A DNA stretch of 64,000 bases from an uncultured Lachnospiraceae bacterium (GTDB taxonomy: Bacteria > Bacillota > Clostridia > Lachnospirales > Lachnospiraceae): the NCBI GenBank assembly GCA_902785055.1, contig CACZXG010000003.1, forward strand, positions 3,295 through 67,294, written 5' to 3'. Positions within the stretch are counted from its first letter, which is position 1; every line of letters starts with the position of its first letter. Below are positions 1 through 9,602 of the stretch, in pieces. A program made the position numbers and the translations under genes. The notes beneath the pieces were generated by a model. It saw only the letters and a program-made list of their open reading frames with translations, was not told where the DNA came from and did no database searches.

Positions 1-122
1 AGCATGCCCTGCCCGGGACCCAGGCCAAAATATCCCCCGCCGCCCAAAAGCAGCAGCAACGCAATGATCCCCGCTGTGGCAGCAGTCCTGCCGCCTCCGC
101 CGTTATTTCTCTCTTTCGCCAT
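1..122 (-). CDS. Partial hypothetical single-pass membrane protein; N-terminus only, runs off the window edge
   Basis: ATG at 122 with GAGG upstream, 4 nt after the ExbD-like stop. Reads MAKERNNGGGGRTAATAGIIALLLLLGGGGYFGLGPGQGM, open to the window start. Not in the ORF track. Confidence 0.7.
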   Translation of the reverse strand, partial: MAKERNNGGGGRTAATAGIIALLLLLGGGGYFGLGPGQGM

Positions 123-126
123 ACCT

Positions 127-699
127 CTACTCCTCCACGATCTGATAGAATACTTCTTTTCTGAGCTGTTTCTGCGTCTGCAGTGCTTCCCGGATCGGTA
201 CAAACTCTTCTCTTCTGTAAATAGACTTTGTATCGCAATGGAACACAATGAACACCGGATGATCCGGATATTCATCCACAATATCGTTAATGATCCCGAT
301 CACATGACTTTTCGTGTAGTCCGTCCGGTCCGAGCCGAGACGGAACGACTCCACTTCCTGATCACTGCCTTTATAGACTCTGAGAACATGATTTCCGTCC
401 TCGACTTCGTTGATAAATGTGACGATCACCGCGTCTGACTCATATCTTTTGCTGCTATCCTCGATCTTGTTCTTCCGGTTAACTTCGCTCTGCAGGATCG
501 TATTCTGCTCCTCAAGATCCGTCACCTGCTCTTCAAGCCCTGAGATCCTGCTCTGGGATTCTTCTGCGTTTTCCTGCATGTCCTTCTGTGTCTGGGTTCC
601 GGCCAGCATTACGATAAAGAGGATCACGAACAGAACATCCAAAAGCGGAGTCAGATTTATATCATCGCTCCCCCGGCTGCGCCGGCCTCTGTTTCTCAT
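127..699 (-). CDS. ExbD/TolR-like biopolymer transport protein with coiled-coil insert
   Basis: N-terminal INLTPLLDVLFVILFIVML matches the ExbD/TolR TM motif with the conserved Asp; ExbD-like C-terminal segment (VFIVFHCD); overlaps upstream gene by 4 bp. Confidence 0.85.
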   Translation of the reverse strand: MRNRGRRSRGSDDINLTPLLDVLFVILFIVMLAGTQTQKDMQENAEESQSRISGLEEQVTDLEEQNTILQSEVNRKNKIEDSSKRYESDAVIVTFINEVEDGNHVLRVYKGSDQEVESFRLGSDRTDYTKSHVIGIINDIVDEYPDHPVFIVFHCDTKSIYRREEFVPIREALQTQKQLRKEVFYQIVEE

Positions 700-1286
700 T
701 GATCCCCACCTCCCAGCGGAATCTCTCTGGCGACATTATAGCTCTCCCGGAAGCGGTCGACGCCGTCGTCTATGTAGTTAAGGTATCTGGAGCAGAACAG
801 AATATCCACGAACTTGAAGATGACCGCAAAGAGAATGCCCAGCACCGTAGACGAGAGCGCGAACGAAACGCCCTCGAAGAGATTCTGCGCGTTGGACCAG
901 TCCGCGTTCCCGTTCATCGCGACGAACAGACCGGTGACCGTTCCAAGTATGCCCAGCAGAGGAAAGATCTGGATGATCAGGGATACGGAGGAAAACAGCA
1001 TCGAGTCATTCTGATAGTCGTCGCAGAACCTGTCGAATTCCTTCCAGTCCTTCTTCACCTTGACCGTATACTCGGTTTCCACAATCCCTGCCTTTTTGCT
1101 CCTGAGCACCTGTTTGCCGGGTGTCTCGCCGTTAAGCGAGTCGATCCTCCTCTTAAGGGCGATCATCTTGTTATAAGCCATGATCATGAGCACCGCTTCA
1201 ACAATGGCAAGGATCACGATCACTGGATTCAATATTTTGGCCAAAAACCAGGAAACCGCTAATATTGCACTATTCATTATCTGCAC
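696..1286 (-). CDS. MotA/TolQ/ExbB proton channel family protein
   Basis: FPLLGILGTVTGL and GVSFALSSTVLGI TM motifs. Confidence 0.88.
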   Translation of the reverse strand: MQIMNSAILAVSWFLAKILNPVIVILAIVEAVLMIMAYNKMIALKRRIDSLNGETPGKQVLRSKKAGIVETEYTVKVKKDWKEFDRFCDDYQNDSMLFSSVSLIIQIFPLLGILGTVTGLFVAMNGNADWSNAQNLFEGVSFALSSTVLGILFAVIFKFVDILFCSRYLNYIDDGVDRFRESYNVAREIPLGGGDQ

Positions 1287-1512
1287 CTTTTTCCGTAGTC
1301 ATACAGTATCGCCATACACTGCTATTATACCTTTTTTTCGACATAATATATACCGTTTCCTGCCTGGGACTGACCGCGGAATGTGTCTCTTTTGGTCAAA
1401 ATAGTCAGATTATTATCTTTTTTACGAACGATTTGTTTATTGATAATTGAATAAATATCCGTTTTTCAATATACTTTTAATGTAAAATCGTTTTCTAAGC
1501 AGGAGGTGCTGT

Positions 1513-1890
1513 ATGGGAAAATTTGTAATCAAAAACACAAAGAACGGCCTTAAGTTTGACCTCAAGGCCACAAACGGACAGGTGATCGCTTCCTCTCAGG
1601 TCTACAAACACAAAAAGACCTGTCTGAACGGCACAGCCAGCGTAATGAAAAACGCGCCGGCCGCTGCGCTCGAGGATCAGACCGTGGAAGGCTATGTCAA
1701 GCAGAAATGCCCTAAATTTGAGGTATATCAGGACAAAAAAGGCGAGTACCGCTTCCGCCTCAAAGCCACCAACGGGCAGATCATTGCGATCAGTGAAGGC
1801 TATGTAAAGATGGCCAGCTGCATGAACGGCATCGACAGCGTGCGCAAGAACGCGGTGGACGCTCCTGTTGAAGAAGAGGAAGAAGAATAA
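1513..1890 (+). CDS. YegP/DUF1508 family protein (two repeats)
   Basis: Repeated F.LKATNGQ.IA.S..Y motif; AGGAGG RBS. Confidence 0.9.
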   Translation: MGKFVIKNTKNGLKFDLKATNGQVIASSQVYKHKKTCLNGTASVMKNAPAAALEDQTVEGYVKQKCPKFEVYQDKKGEYRFRLKATNGQIIAISEGYVKMASCMNGIDSVRKNAVDAPVEEEEEE

Positions 1891-1907
1891 TCAGCAGACA
1901 TAACATC

Positions 1908-1940
1908 AGCGCCGGTCCCGCAATAGGGCCGGCGCTTTTT
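1908..1940 (+). terminator. Intrinsic terminator between convergent genes
   Basis: AGCGCCGGTCCC...GGGCCGGCGCT followed by a T-run. Confidence 0.75.
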
Positions 1941-1954
1941 ATGCCTTCTTATAT

Positions 1955-2812
1955 TCAGCAGTTTCCGGTATAAACGAATTTAAGCTGCTCGCGTGCCACC
2001 TCAGCCAGGTGATAGATCTTCTTCACAGATGTGGCCTCCCGGTCTGTCATGTGAAAGCGCGGGAAGAATCTGGAAATATGCAGCGGGATCTCGTTTCCCG
2101 GGACCACTCCTTTAAGGGAAGAGATCCATTCGCACATGCGCCGCATCTCTTCCTCGGAGTCATTCTCTCCGGGAATAATAAGTGTAGTCAGCTCTACGTG
2201 ACAGGACCGCACAGCGCGGGATATAAACCGCATTACCATTTCCCTGTCTCCGCCCAGCACTTCCCTGTAATACCTGTCCGTAAACCCCTTCAGATCGATA
2301 TTCATCGCATCCATATAGGGAAGGATCTCCTCCAGGACGGACACCTCCGCTGTCCCGTTGCTGACCAGCACATTTACCATGCCTTTCTCATGCACCAGTC
2401 TCGCCGTATCCCTCACAAATTCGTATCCGACCAGCGGCTCATTATAAGTGAAAGCTGCACCGACATTGCCCTTTTTCTTATAATACTGCGCCGTCTCCGC
2501 GATCTGCTCCGGCGTCACCAGCTCCGCCCGGTCCGCATACCGCATAGCTTCCTGCGACCAGGAGATCTCGTAGTTCTGACAGAAAGGACAGCGCAGATTG
2601 CAGCCGTAACTGCCTGCCGACAGAATAAAGCTTCCCGGCTTGAAACGCCGCAGCGGCTTCTTCTCTATGGGATCGAGCGCAAGGGAAGTGATCCTCCCGT
2701 AATTCGCAGCCCGCACAACTCCGCCGGCGCAGATCCGCGCGCCGCAGAAGCCGGTCTGCCCCTCCCCAAGATCACAGTGTCTGAAACAGACTCCGCACAC
2801 AGCCATAGTCAC
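1955..2812 (-). CDS. amrS: AmmeMemoRadiSam system radical SAM enzyme
   Basis: CNLRCPFCQN CxxxCxxC motif, DPIEKKPL, N-terminal Cys cluster, C-terminal VYTGN. Confidence 0.9.
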   Translation of the reverse strand: MTMAVCGVCFRHCDLGEGQTGFCGARICAGGVVRAANYGRITSLALDPIEKKPLRRFKPGSFILSAGSYGCNLRCPFCQNYEISWSQEAMRYADRAELVTPEQIAETAQYYKKKGNVGAAFTYNEPLVGYEFVRDTARLVHEKGMVNVLVSNGTAEVSVLEEILPYMDAMNIDLKGFTDRYYREVLGGDREMVMRFISRAVRSCHVELTTLIIPGENDSEEEMRRMCEWISSLKGVVPGNEIPLHISRFFPRFHMTDREATSVKKIYHLAEVAREQLKFVYTGNC

Positions 2813-2828
2813 ACCTCCGCCAATCCGC

Positions 2829-4217
2829 TCAGTGATGTCTCACAACTTCAAAACGCTGCAGTTCGACCCGCTTATCCCAGTCAGCGATCCCGGCTTTACT
2901 CTTGGCAATGGAAATCTGCTCTTCCACTGTATCCACGCCGTCCAGATCCGGCAGGAGCAGTCCTCTCTTCCGGCCTTTGGTAACAATGACACCATATCGC
3001 TTAACGTCCAGTTCGTCAGGTGAACTGACCGGCTCAGGATCCCCCAGCACATCGACGCTGATCTCAAGCCATTTGAGTTCCCCGGCCCTTATCGGGTCGA
3101 AGCGCGGATCCCTTGTGGAGGCGCTGACCGCATTATCTATGATCTCCTGCGCCAGGCAGTCCCTGACAGGCGAGATCGTACCTATACATCCCCGGAGCTT
3201 CCCGTGCTCATGGATCGACACAAAGGCCCCTGCGCGCCGTGAAATAAGCTCTGCGGGCAGATCCTGCGGCATTTCCATCTTCCTGTGCTTAAGGATGTAG
3301 TGCTCCACGGACGCTCTGGCCAGCCGCACATAGGGATCCTCTTTTGCTCTCTCCGCAGAGAGTTTATCCTCAGCTTTTTTCAGGTACTCATCCAGAAAGT
3401 GCCTGCTGCCGTCGGGATCTCCCGGATAGAAAGTGCAGATCCCGTAGCCGACCCCGGTCACATCTTCGTGGGATAACTGTTCCGCTTTTACAGACAGTCC
3501 GTCGAGAGCTCCCGCCATGATGACAAAAGAGCGATGCCCGCACTCTGCCGCCCTGTCGCAGAAGGTCTCGTCGAAATCAAACAGTTCCCCGAAAGCCGCC
3601 CTTCCGCAGACATCCATGATCCTCTCATCGTACTGCGGGCCCTCCGGAGCATATCCGTAGGGACCGTAATCCTGAAGTTTGTGGGACAGATCCCCGCTGG
3701 CGACAAACACCGCTCTTCTTCCCAGACTCTCCACTGCATCCCGGATCATCTGTCCCAGCCTGTAATGTTCAGTCAGGGGAAGCCCCGAGAGTCCGATCCT
3801 CACTATTTTGCCGCCTGCGTAAACCCGGCGGATGAAATAAAGGGGTACCATGGTCCCGTGATCAAGCCTCCTCTCACGCTCTCCCATGACACCCGCGGGA
3901 AATCCCGTCTCCCGCGCAAGTCTGTCGATTGCTGCGACAAGTTCTGTATCGTACTCCTCCTCAAAGCTCACCTGAGAAGCCCTAAATTGTCCGAAATCTC
4001 CCCGGGCGCTCTTACCGGGCGAGATGTGGAAATAGTCCGCGTACATAACAGAATGCGGGCTTGTGATGATGATCGTATCCGGACTGAGCGCTGCGATCTC
4101 CTCCGCGACCCGCTCATATGCCCCTGTCGTCTTCATGATCTGCGCCTCACTCCCGCGCCCGACAGCAGGTACGATCATGGGCGGATGCGGCACCATAAAC
4201 GCTGCGAGAATAGACAT
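2829..4217 (-). CDS. amrA: AmmeMemoRadiSam protein A: LigB/Memo-like dioxygenase-fold domain fused to AMMECR1 domain
   Basis: PHPP, SPH, LDHG and ASGDLSH motifs, then GAFVSI..G.LRGCIGT and DPRF AMMECR1 motifs. Confidence 0.9.
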   Translation of the reverse strand: MSILAAFMVPHPPMIVPAVGRGSEAQIMKTTGAYERVAEEIAALSPDTIIITSPHSVMYADYFHISPGKSARGDFGQFRASQVSFEEEYDTELVAAIDRLARETGFPAGVMGERERRLDHGTMVPLYFIRRVYAGGKIVRIGLSGLPLTEHYRLGQMIRDAVESLGRRAVFVASGDLSHKLQDYGPYGYAPEGPQYDERIMDVCGRAAFGELFDFDETFCDRAAECGHRSFVIMAGALDGLSVKAEQLSHEDVTGVGYGICTFYPGDPDGSRHFLDEYLKKAEDKLSAERAKEDPYVRLARASVEHYILKHRKMEMPQDLPAELISRRAGAFVSIHEHGKLRGCIGTISPVRDCLAQEIIDNAVSASTRDPRFDPIRAGELKWLEISVDVLGDPEPVSSPDELDVKRYGVIVTKGRKRGLLLPDLDGVDTVEEQISIAKSKAGIADWDKRVELQRFEVVRHH

Positions 4218-4227
4218 ATGATCCCTC

Positions 4228-4782
4228 CTAATTCCTTAACTTCATGATCTGGTACAATATACAATCCAAAGCAAACACAGCTCCAAGGGTAAGGCACACC
4301 GCATTTACAAACGCGAGATCAAACAGTTTTATGAACCTGGCCAGCATCGGAATGACGGCATAGATCAGGACCAGTCCGGCAAGGCCGAAGACAAAGACCG
4401 ACCGAAAACAGACATACCCTCCTATATTTCCAAAATTCCATATCTCTGTGTTGTAATCCCACAGTCTTGTTCCGAACACATTGTACAGAACCCATCCTGT
4501 AACGTACTCCAGGACGCCTGACACGATCACACTGAGCAGGAAGACACGAAGCGGGCTCTCTTTGAACCGATATACCAGGATCGCGTATGCCAGGCCTCCG
4601 AATGCGTAGATCGGCACCCACGGACCATAACTGGATCCCCTCTTGACAAAATATCCCAGATCGATCCTGTAAAACAACAATTCATATATAAATCCGCTGA
4701 TGCCGCTGATCACCATCACTAAGATCAGCAGGTCCATCAGCTGCATATCATTCAGGCTGTAATCACTTTTAAGTAATTCCAT
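4228..4782 (-). CDS. Putative ABC transporter permease (CmpB/DUF1113-like membrane protein)
   Basis: GPWVPIYAFG, LEYVTG, RLWDY and NIGGYVC motifs. Confidence 0.8.
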   Translation of the reverse strand: MELLKSDYSLNDMQLMDLLILVMVISGISGFIYELLFYRIDLGYFVKRGSSYGPWVPIYAFGGLAYAILVYRFKESPLRVFLLSVIVSGVLEYVTGWVLYNVFGTRLWDYNTEIWNFGNIGGYVCFRSVFVFGLAGLVLIYAVIPMLARFIKLFDLAFVNAVCLTLGAVFALDCILYQIMKLRN

Positions 4783-4846
4783 TCCGTTCTGCCTCCTTTC
4801 TTACAACCATTATATATAAAAAAAGAGACGGTGGAAATTCCCCGTC

Positions 4847-5593
4847 TCATTTTCTCTCTTTTGCCAGTTCTTCTAAGATTTCCTCTTCCTCAGCGGTCAT
4901 CTCTCTCCCGCAGAGGAGATCCGGTCTCATCAGATAAGTCTTGCGAAGAGACTCCCTCAGCCTCCATCTGCGGATCTTTTCATGGTGTCCCGACAACAGG
5001 ACCTCAGGCACTGCCTCTCCCTCATAGACCGCCGGCTGTGTGTACTGCGGATACTCCAAAAGGCCGTTTTCGAAGGATTCCTCACTGGTGCTCCCGTCCC
5101 GGATCGCGCCGGGCAGAAGCCTTATCACAGCGTCCGATACCGCCATTGCGGCGATCTCTCCGCCTGTCAAAACATAGTCCCCGATGGAGATCTGCTCGTC
5201 CACGCGGCTGTATATACGCTCGTCCATGCCCTCATAATGGCCGCAGATCAGGATCAGATGATCAAGCTGCGCATACCTGCGCGCCGTCTTCTGATCAAAC
5301 TTTCGTCCGGCCGGCGTCATCGCAGCTGAAACTGCATTTCCGCCCTGAGGACTTCCTGTTTCTGCGCTCCGCGCGCTCTTCAGCGCGTCCAGCACCGGCT
5401 GACAACGCATCACCATACCGGCTCCGCCGCCAAAAGGTGAATCGTCAATGTGCCGGTAGCTCCCCGGAGCGAAATCTTTAATATCGATGATCTCAATCTG
5501 CAGGCTTTCTTTGCGGATCGCCCGCTGCAGAACAGGTCCCTGCAGAAAGCTGTCGAACAACTGCGGAAACATCGTAAGAATCGAGATCTTCAT
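4847..5593 (-). CDS. trmD: tRNA (guanine37-N1)-methyltransferase
   Basis: DDSPFGGGAGMVM, CGHYEG.DER, SIGDYVLTGGE, LLEYPQYT. Confidence 0.95.
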   Translation of the reverse strand: MKISILTMFPQLFDSFLQGPVLQRAIRKESLQIEIIDIKDFAPGSYRHIDDSPFGGGAGMVMRCQPVLDALKSARSAETGSPQGGNAVSAAMTPAGRKFDQKTARRYAQLDHLILICGHYEGMDERIYSRVDEQISIGDYVLTGGEIAAMAVSDAVIRLLPGAIRDGSTSEESFENGLLEYPQYTQPAVYEGEAVPEVLLSGHHEKIRRWRLRESLRKTYLMRPDLLCGREMTAEEEEILEELAKERK

Positions 5594-6819
5594 TTGCGTT
5601 TTCCGCCCTCTGACATCTCGCTGAGCACTTCCATGGCTGCAGCTTTTTCCTTCGACTCTTTTTCGTCCGGATCTTCTGTTCCGAGCTCAGCATCCATCTC
5701 CGCTCTTCTCATCTCCAGAAGCGGCAGGATCCCCTCTTCATATGTGAAGTCGATGATCGCGGCCAGCGGTATGGCGAGCAGGATTCCCACTACGCCGAAA
5801 ATATTGCCGAAGAGAACGATCGAGCACAGGATCAGCAGTCCCGAGACCCCGAGAGAATCCCCGAACAGCTTGGGCTTGATCACATACCCGTCAAGAGTCT
5901 GCAGAATCGCTGTAAATGCAAGGAACATGAGCGCATGCCACGGATTGACCAGCAGCAGGATAAATCCGCCGATCACCGCTCCGATGACCGGTCCGAAACT
6001 CGGGATCAGGTTTGTGACACCGCAGACGACAGAAACCAGACCTACATACTGCATTCCGCAGATCGCCATGAAGACCGCGTTTGCGCCGCCCACTATGACG
6101 CCGTCAAGAAGTGAAAACACGATATAGCGAACCAGAATATTGTTGCATCGCGACATGAAATTCAGCACGATATCATACCACTTCTGCGAAAGGAGCGATC
6201 TCATCAGGCGTCTGCTCCCGGTTTTGATCGACTCTTTGGCAAGAAGAAGATAGATGGACAAAATCGACGCGATCAGCAGACTAAAGATCGTCCTTCCGAT
6301 ATTCGCTGAAGTACTGAGGATTCGCCTCAATGAAGTGCTCAGAAACTGGGAAGCTGTTCTGAGCAGATCCTCCGGAGATCCCATCATACTCTCCAGCTGC
6401 GAACCGATATCGAATGCCCCTATGTTCAGGCTCTGGATCAGCAGATTCAGCCTGGCGATATAGTTGTCCATGTTGCTGACCAGCAGCAAAATGCTCTCGA
6501 TCAGCTGAGGGACCAGCATAAACAGAAGCGCAGACAGGAACAGGAGCACCAGGATCATTCCCAGAAATACGGAGAGCGTCCATTTCAGGTTCTCGCTCCT
6601 TAATTTCTTAAAGACATTCTTTTGAAGCCAGGTCGCCAGCGGATTGACAAGATACGCGATCACGCCCCCGTAAAAAATGGGCATGAAGTATCCGCCGACA
6701 TTCCTGAGAAAGTCGTTTATCACCCCAAGATTGGTCAGGGCCACATAGCTCACAACGCCGATCACGATCGCAACGGCATTGTTATACCATTTTTTATTTC
6801 TGAACTTGTCCTTTTTCAT
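5590..6819 (-). CDS. AI-2E family transporter
   Basis: AYLVNP, NLIPSFGP, QTLDGYVIKPKLFG, GILLAIP motifs; multiple TM segments. Confidence 0.9.
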   Translation of the reverse strand: MKKDKFRNKKWYNNAVAIVIGVVSYVALTNLGVINDFLRNVGGYFMPIFYGGVIAYLVNPLATWLQKNVFKKLRSENLKWTLSVFLGMILVLLFLSALLFMLVPQLIESILLLVSNMDNYIARLNLLIQSLNIGAFDIGSQLESMMGSPEDLLRTASQFLSTSLRRILSTSANIGRTIFSLLIASILSIYLLLAKESIKTGSRRLMRSLLSQKWYDIVLNFMSRCNNILVRYIVFSLLDGVIVGGANAVFMAICGMQYVGLVSVVCGVTNLIPSFGPVIGAVIGGFILLLVNPWHALMFLAFTAILQTLDGYVIKPKLFGDSLGVSGLLILCSIVLFGNIFGVVGILLAIPLAAIIDFTYEEGILPLLEMRRAEMDAELGTEDPDEKESKEKAAAMEVLSEMSEGGKRK

Positions 6820-6884
6820 CGCCTAACCGTATCTTTGTCAAAATACTGTGCTGCCAGTCAGTCCGTCAGATTCCGCGCCGGGAA

Positions 6885-8087
6885 TCAGTTGTTCGTATAG
6901 TTGTCGAAGTATCCCTGCACCAGAACAACAGGAGTTCCCTTGTCGCCGGATCCGCTTGTCAGATCGCACAGAGAACCGATCAGGTCTGTCAGCTGGCGGG
7001 GAGTCGTTCCCTGGGAAGCCATGCTGCCCTTGAGATCCGCGTCCTTCTTGCGGATGCTGTCAGAGATCGCTGCCTTAAGTTCCTCTCCGGACAGGTGCTT
7101 GTAGTCATTGTCCGCAAGATATTTGAGCTTAAGCTCGTTGGGCGTTCCGACCAGTCCGTCTGTGAAGAAAGGAGAAACTACCGGATCAGCCAGCTCCCAG
7201 ATCTTGCCCTGGGGATCCTTGAATGCGCCGTCACCGTAAACCATGACTTCCACATGCTTACCGGTCGCTTTAAGGACTCTCTCCTGAATATCTAGCACAA
7301 GCCCTCTTGCCTGTCTGGGGAAGAGTTTCACCTTGTCCTCGGTGGACTTGTTGGAGCCCAGAAGGCCGTACAGCTCGTTGCATCCGCTTCCGTTAACAGG
7401 CGCGTTCATGATCTCGTCGAGGCTGCATACTGCCTTGGCGCCGTTCGCCAGAAGGATCCTCTTGGTGCGCTTTCTGGTGTGAATATCGCAGTTGAGAATA
7501 TGATCCGCATACTCCAGGATCGCCTTGGGCTGGTTGGCGAAGATGATCTCGCACTCCGCGCCGCACTCACGGATAAGGTTTCCGTAGTACTCTACATAAT
7601 CGACACCGGTAAATTCATGCTTGTTGACGCCGAAGAGCTCTCTGTATTTTGCCAAAGTCAGAACGTCGCTGTAAGGGTTAACACCCGCCTCATCGATCTT
7701 GTCGAGGCTAACCAGCTCATTTCCCACTTCGTCAGAAGGATAGCTGAGCATCAGAACAACTTTCTTCGCGCCCATCGCGATTCCGCGCAGGCAGATCGCG
7801 AATCTGTTGCGGGAAAGGATCGGGAAGATGACGCCGATCGTGCCGCCGCCGAGATTCTTCTTAACATCCTCCGCAATATCTTCAACAGTGCAGTAATTGC
7901 CCTGTGCCCTTGCGACAATAGACTCTGTAACTGCGATGACATCGCGGTCCCTGAGTTCAAATCCTTCGCTCTCCGCCGCCTCAAGCACGCTCTCTGTCAC
8001 GATCGCGCCCAGGTCGTCCCCGGTCCTGATGATCGGGCAGCGGATGCCTCTGGATACTGTGCCTACTCTGCGTTCTGATTTACTCAT
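6885..8087 (-). CDS. Coenzyme F420-0:gamma-glutamyl ligase family protein
   Basis: PII..GDDL, AVTESIVARAQG, GSGDKGTPVVLVQG. Confidence 0.85.
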   Translation of the reverse strand: MSKSERRVGTVSRGIRCPIIRTGDDLGAIVTESVLEAAESEGFELRDRDVIAVTESIVARAQGNYCTVEDIAEDVKKNLGGGTIGVIFPILSRNRFAICLRGIAMGAKKVVLMLSYPSDEVGNELVSLDKIDEAGVNPYSDVLTLAKYRELFGVNKHEFTGVDYVEYYGNLIRECGAECEIIFANQPKAILEYADHILNCDIHTRKRTKRILLANGAKAVCSLDEIMNAPVNGSGCNELYGLLGSNKSTEDKVKLFPRQARGLVLDIQERVLKATGKHVEVMVYGDGAFKDPQGKIWELADPVVSPFFTDGLVGTPNELKLKYLADNDYKHLSGEELKAAISDSIRKKDADLKGSMASQGTTPRQLTDLIGSLCDLTSGSGDKGTPVVLVQGYFDNYTNN

Positions 8088-8149
8088 GTGCTCGATTCTC
8101 CTTTATCTAAACCAATTTGCAGGATCGCTACTCCCCAAAATCCCATTAA

Positions 8150-8178
8150 ATTATAAGGTCTTCACTTTCATTCTGCAA
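8150..8178 (-). promoter_or_regulatory. Sigma-A type promoter for the F420-ligase/AI-2E/trmD unit
   Basis: Minus strand TTGCAG-17 bp-TATAAT. Confidence 0.55.
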
Positions 8179-8201
8179 TGGGCAAAAGTGGGGATGAAGC
8201 G

Positions 8202-9353
8202 TCACTCTTCCGCGAAATCGGTATCCATAGCTACATGCAGCGTATAATCAGGAAATTCTTTCTGCACATCAGCGACAGCTTCTTTGTAAACAGCTCTGCG
8301 GTCTTTTGCCGCAAGGCTGACCACAATATCAAAGCGCATGGCTTTTTCTTCCTTGACCAGGTAGAAGCCGTGGATCTGCTTCACATCCGGATGAGCAAAG
8401 ACGATCTCCCGGACCCGGCGCTTCATCTCGATCACTTCTGCATCCTTTGTGTTGACCGAATAGACACCGATGGCTGTAAGCGCGACGTGATGCTCCTTGT
8501 AGACTTTCATCTGGATCCGCCTGAGCAGCAGGTCAAGCTGATCCGCAGTGTATGTGTCCGGAACTTCAATATGGATGGATCCGTTCCAGGCGTCAGGGCC
8601 ATAATTATTAAGCACCAGATCATACGCGCCCTGAACATCGGGAAAACTTGTGACAGTATTCTTGATGTTTCTGGCAAGCTCAGGATCATTCTGTTCGCCC
8701 AGGATCTTGGAGATCGTATCCCGCAGCATCTCGATACCGGATTTGATGATCACAACAGAGATGATCGCGCCGAGCCATGCTTCCAGTGATATATGGAAGA
8801 TCATGAAAATACCTGCGGCGACCAGTGTGGACGCAGAGATCACGGAATCGAGCGTCGCGTCTTCACCGGAGTTTACAAGAGAATCCGAGTTTACCTTTTC
8901 GCCGACGCCTTTGACATAGCGGCCCAGCAGTATTTTGACAACGACAGCGACAGCCACGATGATCAGTGAAACCGTGTTATACTCAGGTGTCTCCGGATGG
9001 ATGATCTGCTTTACAGACTCCACAAAAGAAGTGATACCGGCGTACAGGACGATCACAGAAATGATCATAGCGCTGAGATATTCGATGCGGCCGTAGCCAA
9101 AAGGATGTTTCTTATCCGGTTCCTTGCCGGCAAGCTTTGTGCCGACGATCGTGATCAGAGAACTCCCTGCGTCAGAGATGTTGTTGACCGCGTCGAGCAC
9201 GATGGCGATGGAATGGGTCATGATCCCGATCACAGCCTTAAATGCGGCGAGAAATACATTAGCAATGATCCCGATGATGCTGGTCCTGATGATCGTCTTC
9301 TCGCGAGAGGAATCGCTGTCAGTCGATTTTTCCAATTCGTAAATGTTATTCAT
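8202..9353 (-). CDS. Cation diffusion facilitator family transporter
   Basis: DAVNNISD, PDKKHPFGYGRIEY. Confidence 0.9.
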   Translation of the reverse strand: MNNIYELEKSTDSDSSREKTIIRTSIIGIIANVFLAAFKAVIGIMTHSIAIVLDAVNNISDAGSSLITIVGTKLAGKEPDKKHPFGYGRIEYLSAMIISVIVLYAGITSFVESVKQIIHPETPEYNTVSLIIVAVAVVVKILLGRYVKGVGEKVNSDSLVNSGEDATLDSVISASTLVAAGIFMIFHISLEAWLGAIISVVIIKSGIEMLRDTISKILGEQNDPELARNIKNTVTSFPDVQGAYDLVLNNYGPDAWNGSIHIEVPDTYTADQLDLLLRRIQMKVYKEHHVALTAIGVYSVNTKDAEVIEMKRRVREIVFAHPDVKQIHGFYLVKEEKAMRFDIVVSLAAKDRRAVYKEAVADVQKEFPDYTLHVAMDTDFAEE

Positions 9354-9453
9354 GAACTCTTCTCCTTCAGTTTAGATTTTATGCAATTGAATTGTATCAT
9401 TTGCCCATACCTTTGTAAAGAACTAACTCCTCAAAATATTTTTCAAAAAAGGC

Positions 9454-9482
9454 TTGCAATTCCCCCCGCAACCATATATAAT
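9454..9482 (+). promoter_or_regulatory. Sigma-A promoter of tRNA-Pro(AGG)
   Basis: TTGCAA-17 bp-TATAAT. Confidence 0.75.
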
Positions 9483-9522
9483 AGTATTTGCCTGTTGAAA
9501 AACAGGTACTTCAAATGAAGAT

Positions 9523-9596
9523 CGGGGTGTAGCGCAGCTGGCTAGCGCACTTCGTTAGGGACGAAGGGGTCGTGGGTTCGAATCCCGTCACTCCGA
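9523..9596 (+). tRNA. tRNA-Pro, anticodon AGG
   Basis: CGGGGTG/CACTCCG acceptor stem, discriminator A, anticodon arm CTTCG-TTAGGGA-CGAAG, GTTCGAATCC T-loop. Confidence 0.9.
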
Positions 9597-9602
9597 TTAA
9601 GG

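Noticed and set aside
127-1286. Flagellar MotAB or canonical Zorya ZorAB
   Set aside because: The B subunit has an ExbD-type TM motif and no visible OmpA-like domain; the A subunit is short with no long ZorA tail.
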